Source: an uncultured Actinomycetota bacterium (GTDB lineage Bacteria > Actinomycetota > Actinomycetes > JAFAQI01). From it: DNA of 64,000 nt. Numbering within the stretch: position 1 is the first letter of the stretch; every line of letters starts with the position of its first letter. The DNA lies in the NCBI GenBank assembly GCA_963770565.1, contig CAVYQE010000001.1, positions 448,001 through 512,000 on the forward strand. The letters are read 5' to 3'. Shown here one piece after another: positions 9,733 to 20,431 of this stretch. A model generated the notes under the pieces. It made no database searches, was not told the origin of the DNA, and saw nothing but the letters and a program-made list of their open reading frames with translations. The position numbers and the translations under genes were made by a program.

Positions 9733-11455
9733 GTGGACCTGCCGCGGTCGGCGTTGCTCGACCAGATCCGCGACGCGGTGATCGGCGACGACACGCTGAT
9801 CGACGGGCCGTACGGCCCGCGGCGGGTCACCTACGCCGACTACACCGCGAGCGGCCGGGCGCTGAGCTTCATCGAGGACTTCATCCGGGACGCGGTCCTT
9901 CCGACGTACGCCAACACCCACACCGAGTCGAGCGGCACCGGGCTGCAGACCACCCGGCTGCGCGAGGAGGCGCGGCGGATCATCCGCGATGCGCTCGGCG
10001 GCGACGACGACACGGTGGTGATCTTCACCGGCTCCGGCGCGACCGCGGCGGTGGACAAGATGGTCCGGATCCTCGGGATCCGGATCCCGTCGCAGCTCGA
10101 GGACCGCTACACGCTCTCGCAGCTGATCCCGCCGGCCGAGCGGCCGGTCGTGTTCGTCGGCCCGTTCGAGCATCACTCCAACGAGCTTGCCGTGGCGTGA
10201 GTCGATCGCCGACGTGGTCGAGATTCCTGCCGACGCGGACGGGCACATCGACCCAGCGGTGCTCGAGCGGCACTTGATCGAGTACGCCGACCGGCCGTTG
10301 CGGATCGGGTCGTTCTCCGCCGCTTCCAACGTCACCGGCGTGGTCAGCGACACCGCCGGGATTGCCCGGCTGTTGCACCGGCACGGCGCGCTGTCGTTCT
10401 GGGACTTCGCCGCGGCCGCGCCGTACGTCGAGATCGCGATGTCGCCGGCCGATGACCCGGATGCGCGGCTGGATGCAGTCTTCCTCTCGCCCCACAAGCT
10501 GATCGGCGGCCCGGGCACTCCCGGGGTGCTCGCCGTACGACGGGAGCTCGTCACCAACCGGGTGCCCACGGTGCCGGGCGGCGGCACGGTTGCGTACGTC
10601 AACCCGCTCGAGCACGTGTATCTGGCCGATCCGGTCGCCCGCGAAGAAGGCGGCACGCCCGACATCATCGGCTCGATCCGGGCCGGCTTGGTGTTTGCGC
10701 TCAAGCAAGCCGTGGGCGCACCGCTGATCAAGGCGGTCGAGGCGGCGCTGCTCGAGCGCGCGGTCGAGGTGTGGTCGGCCGAGCCGGCGATCGAGATCCT
10801 CGGCAACCTCGACGCCGAGCGGCTGTCGATCGTCTCGTTCGTGGTGAAGCGGCCGGGGGGCTTCTACCTGCACCACAACTTCGTCGTGGCGTTGCTCAAC
10901 GACCTGTTCGGGATCCAGGCCCGTGGCGGCTGCTCATGCGCCGGCCCGTACGGACACCGCCTGCTGGGTATCGACATCGAGCATTCGCATGCGTTCCAGC
11001 ACGAGATCGCCGCCGGTTGCGAGGGAATCAAGCCGGGCTGGGTGCGGGTCAACTTCACCTACTTCCTCGACGAAACGGTCGCCGACTACATCATCGAGGC
11101 GGTGCGGTTCGTCGCTCGCGAGGGCGATCGCTTCCTCACCGACTATCGCTTCGACCCGCCGTCGGGGTTATGGCACCACCGCAACGCCGCGGCCGACCCG
11201 CCGCTGCGGCTGGCCGACGTGCACTTCGACACACCGGATCACGTGATGGTCTTCCCGGCGCACTCGGCCCGCGCCGACGTCTCAGTGCTGCAGGACCACC
11301 TGCACGACGCCGAGCGGCTCGCGGCCGAGCGGGAGCGACCGCCGTCGGGGCAGCCGGCGGGGGAGGCGCTGACCGGCCTGCGGCCCGACGTCGAAGCGTT
11401 GCGGTGGTTCGACCTGCCGCCCGGCTGCCTGGTCGGCGACGCTCCGGAAGACTAG
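9733..11455 (+). pseudogene. Class V PLP aminotransferase (cysteine desulfurase-like), frameshifted
   Basis: YADYTASGR, YANTHT, EHHSNEL|PWRE split by one extra T at 10187-10188; second half has SNVTG, FLSPHKLIGGPG, QARGGCSCAGPY. Confidence 0.8.
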
Positions 11456-11470
11456 ATCGCTGCGAAGAGG

Positions 11471-11659
11471 CTAGATCTCGGACGGGTCGCCGCACGCGGC
11501 GGTGAAGGCAGCGGTTGCCTCGGGCGACTCCCAGTGCACGGTGTGGCCGGCCTCGACGAAGGCTGCGATGCCTTCCCAGCCGTCGATGATCTCGCCGGTC
11601 CGAGCGCCGGAGGCCCACCAGGTGCCGTCGTCGTGTTGCGTGATCAAGACCTCACCCAT
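11471..11659 (-). CDS. Small hypothetical protein
   Basis: 62 aa, protein-like composition, TAGCCT-N6-ATG leaderless-type promoter. Confidence 0.55.
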   Translation of the reverse strand: MGEVLITQHDDGTWWASGARTGEIIDGWEGIAAFVEAGHTVHWESPEATAAFTAACGDPSEI

Positions 11660-11704
11660 GGCGGCAGGCTATCCGCGCGACCGGGCTCGGCACGACGGTG
11701 ATCG

Positions 11705-11819
11705 CCCCACCAATGGCCCATGCGTGGGGCTATGACCCCACCGATGGGCCACGGGTGGGGCTATGACCCCACCAATGGGCCACGGGTGGGGCTATGACCC
11801 CACCGATGGGCCATGCGTG
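11705..11819. repeat. Tandem 31-bp hairpin-forming repeat, ~3.7 copies
   Basis: Units CCCCACCRATGGSCCAYGSGTGGGGCTATGA start at 11705, 11736, 11767 and 11798 (partial). Confidence 0.9.
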
Positions 11820-11822
11820 TGG

Positions 11823-13574
11823 TTAGCCGAAGGTGAAGTCGTAGGCCTTGACGCCGGGCGAGACGTCCAGTTGCAGGAGGCCGTGCTGCAGGTTCGATCC
11901 CGAGATGACCGTGTACAACGACGGCACTCCGGCGACGTGCTGGGTCGGGAGCGCCTTGCCGTTCAGGGTTGCCGTCACCGTGCCGGTCCCGGAGAGTACG
12001 AGGTAGACGTCGGAGGCGTCGATGTCGATTCTCAGCTCGGCCGCGGAGCCGGCCACGATGTCCTCGCTCTGGACCGTCCACTGGCCGGACAGGCTGAGGT
12101 CGTTCGCCGGCAGCGACGAGGGGAAGCGGTAGGTCGCGGCCCGGTCCTTCACGATCGAGGTTCCGACGTACCGGGCCAGCCGCTCGTAGCCGAGGTAGCT
12201 CTCCGGTGTCGAGGCCTGGGTCGGCGTGCGGTCCGGTACGTCGGTCGGCGGCGGCAGCGTCGCGCCGTTGGCCTTGAGCAGCGCGCGGATCGCGCCCTCG
12301 GTGGTGCCGTAGTCGCCTTCGCCAACCGAGCCGTAGCGGACATGACCGCTCGGATCGATCAGGTATTCGGCCGGCCAGGAGTTGTTGCCCCACGCGTCCC
12401 AGGTGCCGTAGTCGTTGTCCATGGCGACCGGGTATTTCACGCCGAGGCGCTGCACGGCGGAGATCACGTTGCCCGCCACGTGTTCGAAGTCGAACTCCGG
12501 GGTGTGCACGCCGATCACGTCGAACCCGGCGTTGTGGTAGCGGTCGTACCAGGCTTCGACGTGCGGCAGGCTGCGCAGGCAGTTGATGCACGAGTAGGTC
12601 CAGAAGTCGATCAGCACCACGTGGCCGCGCAGCTGCGACAGGTGCAGGGCAGCGCCGGCCGGGGTGTTGATCCAGCGGGTGACGTCCGCGAAGTCCGGCG
12701 CCGGTCCGTAGTTGGGCAACGAGGAGGCGGACAGCGTCGGCACCTGGTCGGCCATCGGGACGATGCTCGGACCGGACGGCGTGATGGTCGCGTTCAGCGA
12801 GCCCTGGATCCGCTTGGCGTTGTCGGACTCGTGCGGGTTGCTGATGTGGGCGATCCGGCCGCTGATCGACTTGCTGTCGGTGAGGTGGTGCTCGATCGTC
12901 GCCGAGTACGACGGAACCGCGGTCTGCAACGCGGTAGCGGCACCGAACATGATCGCGACCGCGCTCCCAGCCAGCGCAACGCCGCCGGCCCGCCGCAGCC
13001 CGATCGCGTGCGCCCGCAGCCAGCCGGTCGCGCTCGACACCCGCTCGGTGAGCAGGACCAGCCCGAAGACCGGCAGGGCGATCCCGAGTGCGTAGGCGAC
13101 GGTCAGCGCGACCGCGTCGACGCCGAGCGCGTTGTGCGGGCTCCCGACCGCGGCGATCGTGGCGAGGATCGGACCGCCACACGGCAGGTAGAGCAGCCCG
13201 AGCGTCGCGCCGAGCACGAAGCCGCTCGCCGTACCGTCGGGGGAGCGGTTCACGCCGAGCCGGGCGAACGGCCGCTCGAGCAGCTGACCGACCTGAGGAA
13301 TCAGGAAACCCGCGGCCAGGACGAACAGCACGCCGATGGCGATGTCGTAGCGCAGGCCCAGCGGCAGCCCGAGCGCCTGGAGCAGGCGGATGCTGAACAG
13401 CGCCGAGACGCCGAAGGCCAGGGCGAGGCCGGTCGCGATGGCGGCGGCTCGGCGCCGCCCACCGGCCGTCACGCCCGAAGCGACAACCGCCGGCAGCACC
13501 GGCAGGATGCACGGCGAGACGATCGTGAGCAGCCCGGCGAGGAAGCCGATGAACAGCAGCAGGCCAGTTGTCAC
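11823..13574 (-). CDS. dipZ: DipZ-like protein (CcdA TM domain + thioredoxin + C-terminal domain)
   Basis: SPCILPVLP, LPCGGPIL, DFWTYSCINC, GVHTPEF, TPESYLG. Confidence 0.9.
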   Translation of the reverse strand: MTTGLLLFIGFLAGLLTIVSPCILPVLPAVVASGVTAGGRRRAAAIATGLALAFGVSALFSIRLLQALGLPLGLRYDIAIGVLFVLAAGFLIPQVGQLLERPFARLGVNRSPDGTASGFVLGATLGLLYLPCGGPILATIAAVGSPHNALGVDAVALTVAYALGIALPVFGLVLLTERVSSATGWLRAHAIGLRRAGGVALAGSAVAIMFGAATALQTAVPSYSATIEHHLTDSKSISGRIAHISNPHESDNAKRIQGSLNATITPSGPSIVPMADQVPTLSASSLPNYGPAPDFADVTRWINTPAGAALHLSQLRGHVVLIDFWTYSCINCLRSLPHVEAWYDRYHNAGFDVIGVHTPEFDFEHVAGNVISAVQRLGVKYPVAMDNDYGTWDAWGNNSWPAEYLIDPSGHVRYGSVGEGDYGTTEGAIRALLKANGATLPPPTDVPDRTPTQASTPESYLGYERLARYVGTSIVKDRAATYRFPSSLPANDLSLSGQWTVQSEDIVAGSAAELRIDIDASDVYLVLSGTGTVTATLNGKALPTQHVAGVPSLYTVISGSNLQHGLLQLDVSPGVKAYDFTFG

Positions 13575-13756
13575 GTCCGCCTTCTGGAGTCGAGGGTGTC
13601 GCGCCCCGCCGCAACAGTCCAGGTCCTTTGTACCAACGTGGGGCGGGCTGGCCCGGGCTCACAGCTGATCCGTAAGCAAATCGTTCGAAATCCGCCCGGT
13701 TGAACTGCGCTTGCACTGCGGGGGACGATGTCGGTGGTCGGGGTTAGGTTCATGCG

Positions 13757-14575
13757 GTGACCGCCGACGACCTCGCCGCCCACTTCCTCGCCCTGCACGG
13801 CGGTCCGACCCCGTTGCTCATCCCCAATCCGTGGGACGCGGGCTCGGCCCGGGTTCTCGCCTCGCTCGGATTCCAGGCGTTGGCGACGACCAGCAGCGGG
13901 TTCGCGGCCACGCTCGGGCGGCTCGACGGGTCGGTGAGCCGCGACGAGGCGCTCGCCCACGCGGCCGCGATCGCGGCGGCCACCGATCTGCCGGTCTCGG
14001 CCGACCTGGAGAACTGCTTCGCGGACGAGCCGGCGGGAGTCGCCGAGACCGTGACCCTGGCCGCAAGCACTGGCCTGGCCGGGTGCTCGATCGAGGACTT
14101 CACGGGTGATCAGTCCGACCCGATCTACGACCTCGGGCCGGCCACCGAGCGGGTGGCGGCCGCCGCTGAGGCCGCGCACGGCGGCCCGACCCGGCTGGTG
14201 CTCACTGCGCGGTCCGAGAACTACCTGCACGGACGCGCCGACCTCGCCGACACGATCGCTCGGCTGCAGGCCTACTCGGCGGCCGGCGCCGACGTGCTCT
14301 ATGCGCCGGGGCTGACCAGGCTCGAGGACATCCGGGAGGTGGTCGACTCGGTCGACCGGCCGGTCAACGTGCTCGCGTTGCCGAGCGGTCCCGACGTCGG
14401 GGCGCTGGCCACGTTCGGCGTACGCCGGATCTCGGTCGGCGGCGCATTCGCGTACGCCGCACTCGCTGGGCTGGTCGATGCCGGGCGGGAGCTCATCGAG
14501 CGCGGCACGCTCGGGTTCTGGGACCGTGCCGCGGTCGGCGGAGCGGCTGCCCGGGCGGCCTTCGCGAGCACCTGA
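13757..14575 (+). CDS. Isocitrate lyase/PEP mutase family protein
   Basis: IPNPWDAGSAR, ALATTSSG, PVSADLENCF, SIED, AGADVLYAPG. Confidence 0.88.
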   Translation: MTADDLAAHFLALHGGPTPLLIPNPWDAGSARVLASLGFQALATTSSGFAATLGRLDGSVSRDEALAHAAAIAAATDLPVSADLENCFADEPAGVAETVTLAASTGLAGCSIEDFTGDQSDPIYDLGPATERVAAAAEAAHGGPTRLVLTARSENYLHGRADLADTIARLQAYSAAGADVLYAPGLTRLEDIREVVDSVDRPVNVLALPSGPDVGALATFGVRRISVGGAFAYAALAGLVDAGRELIERGTLGFWDRAAVGGAAARAAFAST

Positions 14576-14617
14576 TCCTGAAGATCCACCAAAGGCGGAA
14601 CCGGCTAGCGTCGGATC

Positions 14618-15298
14618 GTGCCTGTTGACGTCCCCGACGACGAGGAGGAGCCAAAGGAGCGGCTTCACATCTCGCTCTCGCAGATGGCGGCGAGTTCGCT
14701 CGCGGCCGTCTCTGCGGCTGTCCTCTGCTCGCTGTTCGGGGTCGCCGGCACCGTGATCGGCACGGCGGTCGCGAGCGTGTTGTTCACCATCGGCAGCGCG
14801 TTGTACGTCCACACTCTGCGCCGTACCAAGGCTCGGCTGCGACGGATGCATCAGGCCGGCGCAGCGTCGCCGTCGTTCCGCGAGGTGATGAAGACGGCGA
14901 GGCTGCAGGGCCGGCGGCTGTTGGACAACGTGCCGTGGCGGCTTTCCGGCGCGATCGCCGCGTCGGTCTTCGTGATCTCGATCGGGGTCGTGACCGCGAT
15001 CGAGGCCGGCGTTGGCGAGCCGCTGTCGGCGCTGCTCGGCGTCTCGCATGCTGGCGATCGAAACACGAGTGCGGGCTCCCTGGTTGGCGCCGGCCCCAAG
15101 CGTCACCACCACAAGGCGAAACCGACGCCGACCGTGACCGAGACCGTCACGGCCACTCCGACCTCGCCCCCGCCGTCGTCGAGCACTTCACCGACACCGA
15201 CGGACACGCCCACCAAGAAGCCCACTCACTCGCCGACCCACTCACCGTCGACGACCCCGACACCAACGACGACGCCGACCGCAACCGGGTCGCCTTAG
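14618..15298 (+). CDS. Hypothetical membrane protein with Pro/Thr-rich tail
   Basis: Hydrophobic segments (S.FGVAGTVIG..V.SV), PT-rich C terminus, TAGCGT-N6-GTG. Confidence 0.75.
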   Translation: MPVDVPDDEEEPKERLHISLSQMAASSLAAVSAAVLCSLFGVAGTVIGTAVASVLFTIGSALYVHTLRRTKARLRRMHQAGAASPSFREVMKTARLQGRRLLDNVPWRLSGAIAASVFVISIGVVTAIEAGVGEPLSALLGVSHAGDRNTSAGSLVGAGPKRHHHKAKPTPTVTETVTATPTSPPPSSSTSPTPTDTPTKKPTHSPTHSPSTTPTPTTTPTATGSP

Positions 15299-15326
15299 CA
15301 CGGTCGCGGTCGGCGAGGCGGCCTAC

Positions 15327-16235
15327 TTAGGCCTTGAGCAGCTTGGCGTCATGCTCCAGCCAGTCCAGGACCAGGCCGGTCGTCCAGTCCGGCGCCTCGA
15401 GCATCGGGACGTGGCCGATGTCCTTGGCGACCTCGAACCGCCAGGCCGGGAAGGCCCGCGCGGTCGCGACCGCGAGGTTGATCGGCACCAACCGGTCCTG
15501 GTCGCCGTGCAGCATGAGGACCGGCGCGGTCACCCGCTCGAACGTACGGCGGACCACCTGGGGTCGGGCCAGCAGCCGGATCAGCGACCGGCCGGCGTCG
15601 ACCACGTCCGCGGCGCTGAAGTCGCCTGGCCGCCGGCTCTCGATCGAGGCGATCCCGGCTTCGATGACCTCGGGCGGCACCCGGGACATGTCGACCGTGC
15701 ACAACATCAGCGTGTTGTAGACCTGCGTCGATACGCTCTGCCGCCTCCGTCGGCGGTCGAGCAGCATTCCGCCGATGCCCGGCGCGGCGATGATGGCGAA
15801 CTGCAGCGCGACCCGCTTGTCGACCCGCGACAACAGCGGGTGGGGCAGGGCGGGATCGACGAGGACCGCACCCGCGACCTGGGCGGGCGCGATCGCGGAC
15901 TCGAGCAGGGTGATCAGGCCGCCCATCGAGTTGCCCATCAATACGACCGGCTCCTCGATGACCTCACGAAGGAACCGGTCGAGCAGCGCGCGGTTGGCCA
16001 GCACCGCGGTCGACCGCCCGGCGGCCGGACTCAGGCCGTGCCCGGCCAGGTCGATCGCGACCATCCGGCAGCGTTCGGTCAGGCGGGGGGCGACCGCCAG
16101 CCAGTTCCAGGCCGACCCGCCGAGCCCGTGAACCGCGACGATCAGCGGCCCGTCGGCCGGCCCGCCGAAGTCGAGGTAGTGGGTCGGACCGTCGAGGTCG
16201 ACGATTCGCGAGACGGCGGCGTGGGTGGTAGTCAC
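15327..16235 (-). CDS. Alpha/beta fold hydrolase
   Basis: VHGLGGS, DLAGHG, GNSMGG nucleophile elbow, HGDQDRLV, GHVPMLE. Confidence 0.88.
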   Translation of the reverse strand: MTTTHAAVSRIVDLDGPTHYLDFGGPADGPLIVAVHGLGGSAWNWLAVAPRLTERCRMVAIDLAGHGLSPAAGRSTAVLANRALLDRFLREVIEEPVVLMGNSMGGLITLLESAIAPAQVAGAVLVDPALPHPLLSRVDKRVALQFAIIAAPGIGGMLLDRRRRRQSVSTQVYNTLMLCTVDMSRVPPEVIEAGIASIESRRPGDFSAADVVDAGRSLIRLLARPQVVRRTFERVTAPVLMLHGDQDRLVPINLAVATARAFPAWRFEVAKDIGHVPMLEAPDWTTGLVLDWLEHDAKLLKA

Positions 16236-16397
16236 CCCTCCACGATGCCTTATGGCGGCGAGAGGCAGCCCACCGAACGTCATTTGCGGTGAGGGTGAAC
16301 CGTCATCTGGGGTTCACTTTGGCGTTGCCCAACGGCTGCGCACAGTACCGTCGGGGGTCGAGATTCTGGCGCGTGACGTCGGCGGGAGGACGGGCTG

Positions 16398-17330
16398 ATG
16401 ACGCACGACGGGATTCCCGAGCTGGTGTATTCGGACGGCACGGTTGCCGACGACGACCTGCTCGATGCGCTCGACGATCTCGAGATCGACGTACTCATCG
16501 ACGACGACGGCGAGCCGACGTTGCTCGATGCACAAGGCCGGCCGGTCGAGACCTGGCGCGAGGGCTACCCCTATGACCGGCGGATGACCCGGTTCGACTA
16601 CGAGCGCACGAAGCGGCTGCTCCAGATCGAGCTGCTGAAGCTCCAGTCCTGGGTCAAGGCGGACGGCCGGCGGCTGGTCCTGCTGTTCGAGGGTCGGGAC
16701 GCGGCCGGCAAGGGCGGCACGATCCGGCGCTACACCGAGCATCTGAACCCGCGCGGCGCCCGCGTGGTGGCGCTCGAGAAACCGACCGACGTCGAGCGTG
16801 GCCAGTGGTATTTCCAGCGGTACGTCGAGCAGCTGCCCGCGGCCGGGGAGATCGTGTTCTTCGACCGCTCCTGGTACAACCGGGCCGGCGTCGAGCGGGT
16901 GATGGGGTTCTGCAGCGACGAGGAGTACCACCGGTTCATGGTCCAGGCGCCGCCGTTCGAGCGGATGCTGGTCGAGGACGGCATCGACCTGGTCAAGTTC
17001 TGGTTCTCGGTGACCCGCAGCGAGCAGCGCACCCGCTTCACGCTGCGCCGGGTCGACCCGGTCAAGCAGTGGAAGCTCAGCCCGATGGACCTCGCATCCC
17101 TGGATAAATGGGATGAATACACCGCGGCGAAGGAGCAGATGTTCCGCTCGACGCACACCTCGTTCGCTCCGTGGATGGTGGTGAAGAGCAACGACAAGCG
17201 GCGTGGGCGGATCGAGTCGATGCGCTACGTGCTGTCGCGGTTCGACTATCCGGGCAAGAACCGGGCCGTGGTGGGAGCGCCTGATCCGGTCCTCGTGGGC
17301 TCTCCCGACGCGGTGCTCGAGGACCGCTAG
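16398..17330 (+). CDS. ppk2: Polyphosphate kinase 2
   Basis: FEGRDAAGKGG, QWYFQRY, FDRSWYNRAGVERVMGF, WKLSPMD; SD GGGAGGA. Confidence 0.95.
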   Translation: MTHDGIPELVYSDGTVADDDLLDALDDLEIDVLIDDDGEPTLLDAQGRPVETWREGYPYDRRMTRFDYERTKRLLQIELLKLQSWVKADGRRLVLLFEGRDAAGKGGTIRRYTEHLNPRGARVVALEKPTDVERGQWYFQRYVEQLPAAGEIVFFDRSWYNRAGVERVMGFCSDEEYHRFMVQAPPFERMLVEDGIDLVKFWFSVTRSEQRTRFTLRRVDPVKQWKLSPMDLASLDKWDEYTAAKEQMFRSTHTSFAPWMVVKSNDKRRGRIESMRYVLSRFDYPGKNRAVVGAPDPVLVGSPDAVLEDR

Positions 17331-17358
17331 GAGCGCTACTCACAGCGCAACTTCTGGC

Positions 17359-17391
17359 GTTCATCTAGTGGTCATCCGGCGTTCGGCTTCC
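17359..17391 (+). promoter_or_regulatory. PHO box-like 11-nt direct repeats
   Basis: GTTCATCTAGT/GGTCATCCGGC/GTTCGGCTTCC matches the Streptomyces PhoP G(G/T)TCAYYY unit. Confidence 0.7.
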
Positions 17392-17479
17392 GTGCGTCGG
17401 TTGTCGTCGTCCGTCGGTTGTCGTGGTGTGACGGCAAATGCGTCAATCCGTGAGCGTTGCCACGACGAGGAGGAGTTGC

Positions 17480-17941
17480 GTGAAGTCGCCGCGGTTTCTG
17501 TTCGTCGTGGGCGTCGGTCGCGGCCCGGAGGCGCACCCGGTCTGGCCGGACGTGCACCAGAACTTCGAGGGTGAGGTCGACGCCGACGAGTCGTGGGTCG
17601 CGTGGCGCCTGACCGGCGCCAACCATCGCGAGCTCGGCCGCAGTTCGCGGGTGTTTCCGGACCTGACCACAGCCCGAGAGGACGCGATCGCTCTGCACGA
17701 GCGGATCGACCAGGCCCAGGCGCACATCCTCACCGTGCCGCACACCGGCACCTGGGGGTGGCGGCTGCGGCTCGACGACGTGCCGGTCGCGACTTCGAGC
17801 CGGGGATACGCCCGGCACCGCGAGTGCACCTACAACGTGGCGGCCTTCATGGCCGCCGCTGCCGTGGCGGAGCTCTCCGAAGGAGAGTTTCCGCGGGCCT
17901 GGAAGTTTCACATCGAGCCGATAGTTGGACCCGCGCTATGA
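17480..17941 (+). CDS. YegP/DUF1508-like small protein
   Basis: Two WRL...N.RELGRS / W.WRL...VATSSRGY repeats; SD GAGGAGGAG before GTG 17480. Confidence 0.6.
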   Translation: MKSPRFLFVVGVGRGPEAHPVWPDVHQNFEGEVDADESWVAWRLTGANHRELGRSSRVFPDLTTAREDAIALHERIDQAQAHILTVPHTGTWGWRLRLDDVPVATSSRGYARHRECTYNVAAFMAAAAVAELSEGEFPRAWKFHIEPIVGPAL

Positions 17942-17958
17942 CGACTGAGGGAGTATCG

Positions 17959-18798
17959 ATGACCACGGTTGCGCCACCGGTAATTGACATCGCGGTGGCC
18001 GAGTTGCCGCAGCGCAATCCCACCGGTGCCCATCTGGACGCGCAGCGTGTTTCGGCGTGGTTCGGCACGAACAAGGTGCTTGAACGGGTTTCGTTGTCAA
18101 TGCCGCCGGGCGTGGTGACGGCGCTCATCGGTCCGTCCGGGTGTGGAAAGTCGACCTTCCTCCGAATCCTCAACCGGATGCACGAGTCGGTGGTGGGCGC
18201 GAAGCTCGCCGGTGAGGTCCTGCTCAACGGTTCGGACATCTACGCTCCAAGCGCTCGGACGACCGAGACCAGGCGGCGGATCGGGATGGTCTTCCAGAAG
18301 CCCAACCCGTTCCCGACCATGTCGATCGCAGAGAACGTCACGGCCGGGCTCAGGCTCACCGGTACCAAGATCGCTAGATCTGATCGAACCGCTCTGGTCG
18401 AGGACTGCCTGCAACGCGGCGGGTTGTGGGGCGAGGTGAAGGACCGGCTCGACTCGCCTGGTGGCGCGTTGTCGGGCGGCCAGCAACAGCGGCTGTGCAT
18501 TGCCCGCTCGCTGGCGGTTAACCCCGACGTGCTCCTGATGGACGAGCCATGCTCGGCGCTCGATCCGACCTCGACCCGACGGATCGAGGAGACCATCGCC
18601 GTCCTGCGCGAGCAGGTCACGATCGTCATCGTCACGCACAACATGCAGCAGGCCGCGCGGGTTTCCCAGCAGTGTGCGTTCTTTCTGGCCGAGCAGGGGA
18701 CCCCGGGCCAGATCGTCGAGGCCGGGTCAACCGAGGACATCTTTGAACGGCCCAAGGACTCGCGCACCGCGGACTACGTCCACGGCCGCTTCGGCTGA
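17959..18798 (+). CDS. pstB: Phosphate ABC transporter ATPase PstB-like
   Basis: [60 protein letters not shown]. Confidence 0.93.
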   Translation: MTTVAPPVIDIAVAELPQRNPTGAHLDAQRVSAWFGTNKVLERVSLSMPPGVVTALIGPSGCGKSTFLRILNRMHESVVGAKLAGEVLLNGSDIYAPSARTTETRRRIGMVFQKPNPFPTMSIAENVTAGLRLTGTKIARSDRTALVEDCLQRGGLWGEVKDRLDSPGGALSGGQQQRLCIARSLAVNPDVLLMDEPCSALDPTSTRRIEETIAVLREQVTIVIVTHNMQQAARVSQQCAFFLAEQGTPGQIVEAGSTEDIFERPKDSRTADYVHGRFG

Positions 18799-18886
18799 TC
18801 GACATTTCTCACGGCCGGTCCGCCGGCCCGTCCTGCCTGCACGCCTGGCTGGTCGACACGGGCTCGGTGGTTGCTCCCGGACAAGC

Positions 18887-18924
18887 GGTAGGGGCGTCAC
18901 CTCGATCGAGGTGACGCCCCTACC
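18887..18924. terminator. Perfect 38-bp palindrome between convergent genes (probable bidirectional terminator)
   Basis: ggtaggggcgtcacctcga|tcgaggtgacgcccctacc. Confidence 0.7.
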
Positions 18925-18941
18925 AATGGGCGACCGGTGGC

Positions 18942-20072
18942 CTACTTCTTGATCTTCGTCGCAGCGGTTGTCGCAGTTCCGCTGGCATAGCCGGTCTTGT
19001 GCGCAGTCACCTTGCAGGTGAGCTTCTTGCCCTTGTCCGAGCTCGGTACCTTGAGCGAGGACTTGGTCGCATGCTTGATCTTCTTGCCGTTCACGTACCA
19101 CTGGTAGCTGTACGACGAAGCGGCCGGCGACCACTTACCCTTCGAGGCCTTCTCCGTCTTGCCGACCGTGTGCGGTCCGGAGAGCGTGGGCTTCGTCGTG
19201 GCGTGAAGTGCCTTGCCGATCGCGACCTTCTTCGACGTACTGGTGCCCGGCGTCGACCCGCCGCCGTTCGTCCCGGTTGCTCGGCAGGCGAGCGACTTCT
19301 TGTATTGGGATCCCGGAATCGTGTACGTGCTCTTGGTCGCGCCGGAGATCGCCTTCGTACTCGCCAGCCACTGGTAGCTGACCGACGTGGCTCCGGTGAA
19401 GGAAGCGTGGCAGGTCACCTTGTCGCCGACCCGGACGGTGCCGGAGAGCGTGACCTTGCCGTTGAGGGTCGGCGCAGCGCCCGGGTAGACGACCGTCCAG
19501 GTGTTGGCACCGGCGTCCACCGCGATGTCTACGCGGTCGTAGGCGCTGGTGTCAGGTTCCTGGCCCGGCCCCAGGGTGAAGATTCGCATCTCGTAAAGGT
19601 TCTGGTAGCCCGAATCGGTGAGGTTGTTCGGGTACTCACCGATGTAGTCGTCCATCGTCAGGTCTTCGGCCGTTCCAACTACGAACGGGTTGCCGCTGGC
19701 AGTTACTGCGGCTGGTACGCCGCCCGGCGCCGGGTCGTACTGGCCTGCGCTCAGAAGGTCGCCACTCCACGTCTGTGGGTTCGCACCGCCCTCCTGGGGT
19801 GTGTAGGCGTAGAGGTCGGCGTGGTTGTCACCGGAACGGCCCGCGTGACCGGCCACGGCGTACGCGGCAAAGGGCGCGCTGTCCAGTGTGCCGCCCGTGA
19901 TCACGTGTCCGCTGGAGTCGTAGAAGGTGATCGAGCCGATCGCGTTCGGGTCCGGCTCCCAGCCCGGCGTGACCGTAGCGGCTGACGTCCCTCCCATCGT
20001 GGTGAGCAGCGTGCCGACCGAGATCGCGAGTGCGCCGATCCCGGCGACCAGTCGCTGTCGCGTGAGCATCAT
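18942..20072 (-). CDS. Secreted protein: unnamed N-terminal domain + two basic Ig-like repeats
   Basis: SD GGAGG, signal peptide, GWEPDPNAIG domain, two LSG...VG...YQW...I..ATKS...K.L.C repeats. Confidence 0.8.
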   Translation of the reverse strand: MMLTRQRLVAGIGALAISVGTLLTTMGGTSAATVTPGWEPDPNAIGSITFYDSSGHVITGGTLDSAPFAAYAVAGHAGRSGDNHADLYAYTPQEGGANPQTWSGDLLSAGQYDPAPGGVPAAVTASGNPFVVGTAEDLTMDDYIGEYPNNLTDSGYQNLYEMRIFTLGPGQEPDTSAYDRVDIAVDAGANTWTVVYPGAAPTLNGKVTLSGTVRVGDKVTCHASFTGATSVSYQWLASTKAISGATKSTYTIPGSQYKKSLACRATGTNGGGSTPGTSTSKKVAIGKALHATTKPTLSGPHTVGKTEKASKGKWSPAASSYSYQWYVNGKKIKHATKSSLKVPSSDKGKKLTCKVTAHKTGYASGTATTAATKIKK

Positions 20073-20431
20073 CGTTAGCCTCCGTCTCAGTGGCACTGGT
20101 CCCAAGACCCGCCTGACTTTCCCTGTCACCCTAGGTCGCACAAGCCCTTCGGTGATCGGCGCGAAGGACGCGTCGGCGGTTGTTCATTGGTCGGCCGCTG
20201 CTCGTTAACCTGCCAGTCGTTCCGTACCGGAATGGGTGGCACCGCTGAGGGCGCCTGGCGTCTCGGCCGCGCTCGAAACCGGCGGTCAGACGGCGGCCGC
20301 GGAGGACATCTGTTATTCGTCTTTGTGACACCCGGTGTTAGGTTTCAGTCTTCTCCACGGTTGCCAAAGGCCCGCAGTTTGGGCATTGCGCGGCTTGTCG
20401 CGCCCTAGGCACCTGGAGGGGAACTGGTCTG

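Noticed and set aside
10180-10200. Programmed ribosomal frameshift
   Set aside because: No slippery heptamer or homopolymer at the junction
11705-11819. CRISPR array
   Set aside because: Units are contiguous with no unique spacers, and no cas genes are in the window
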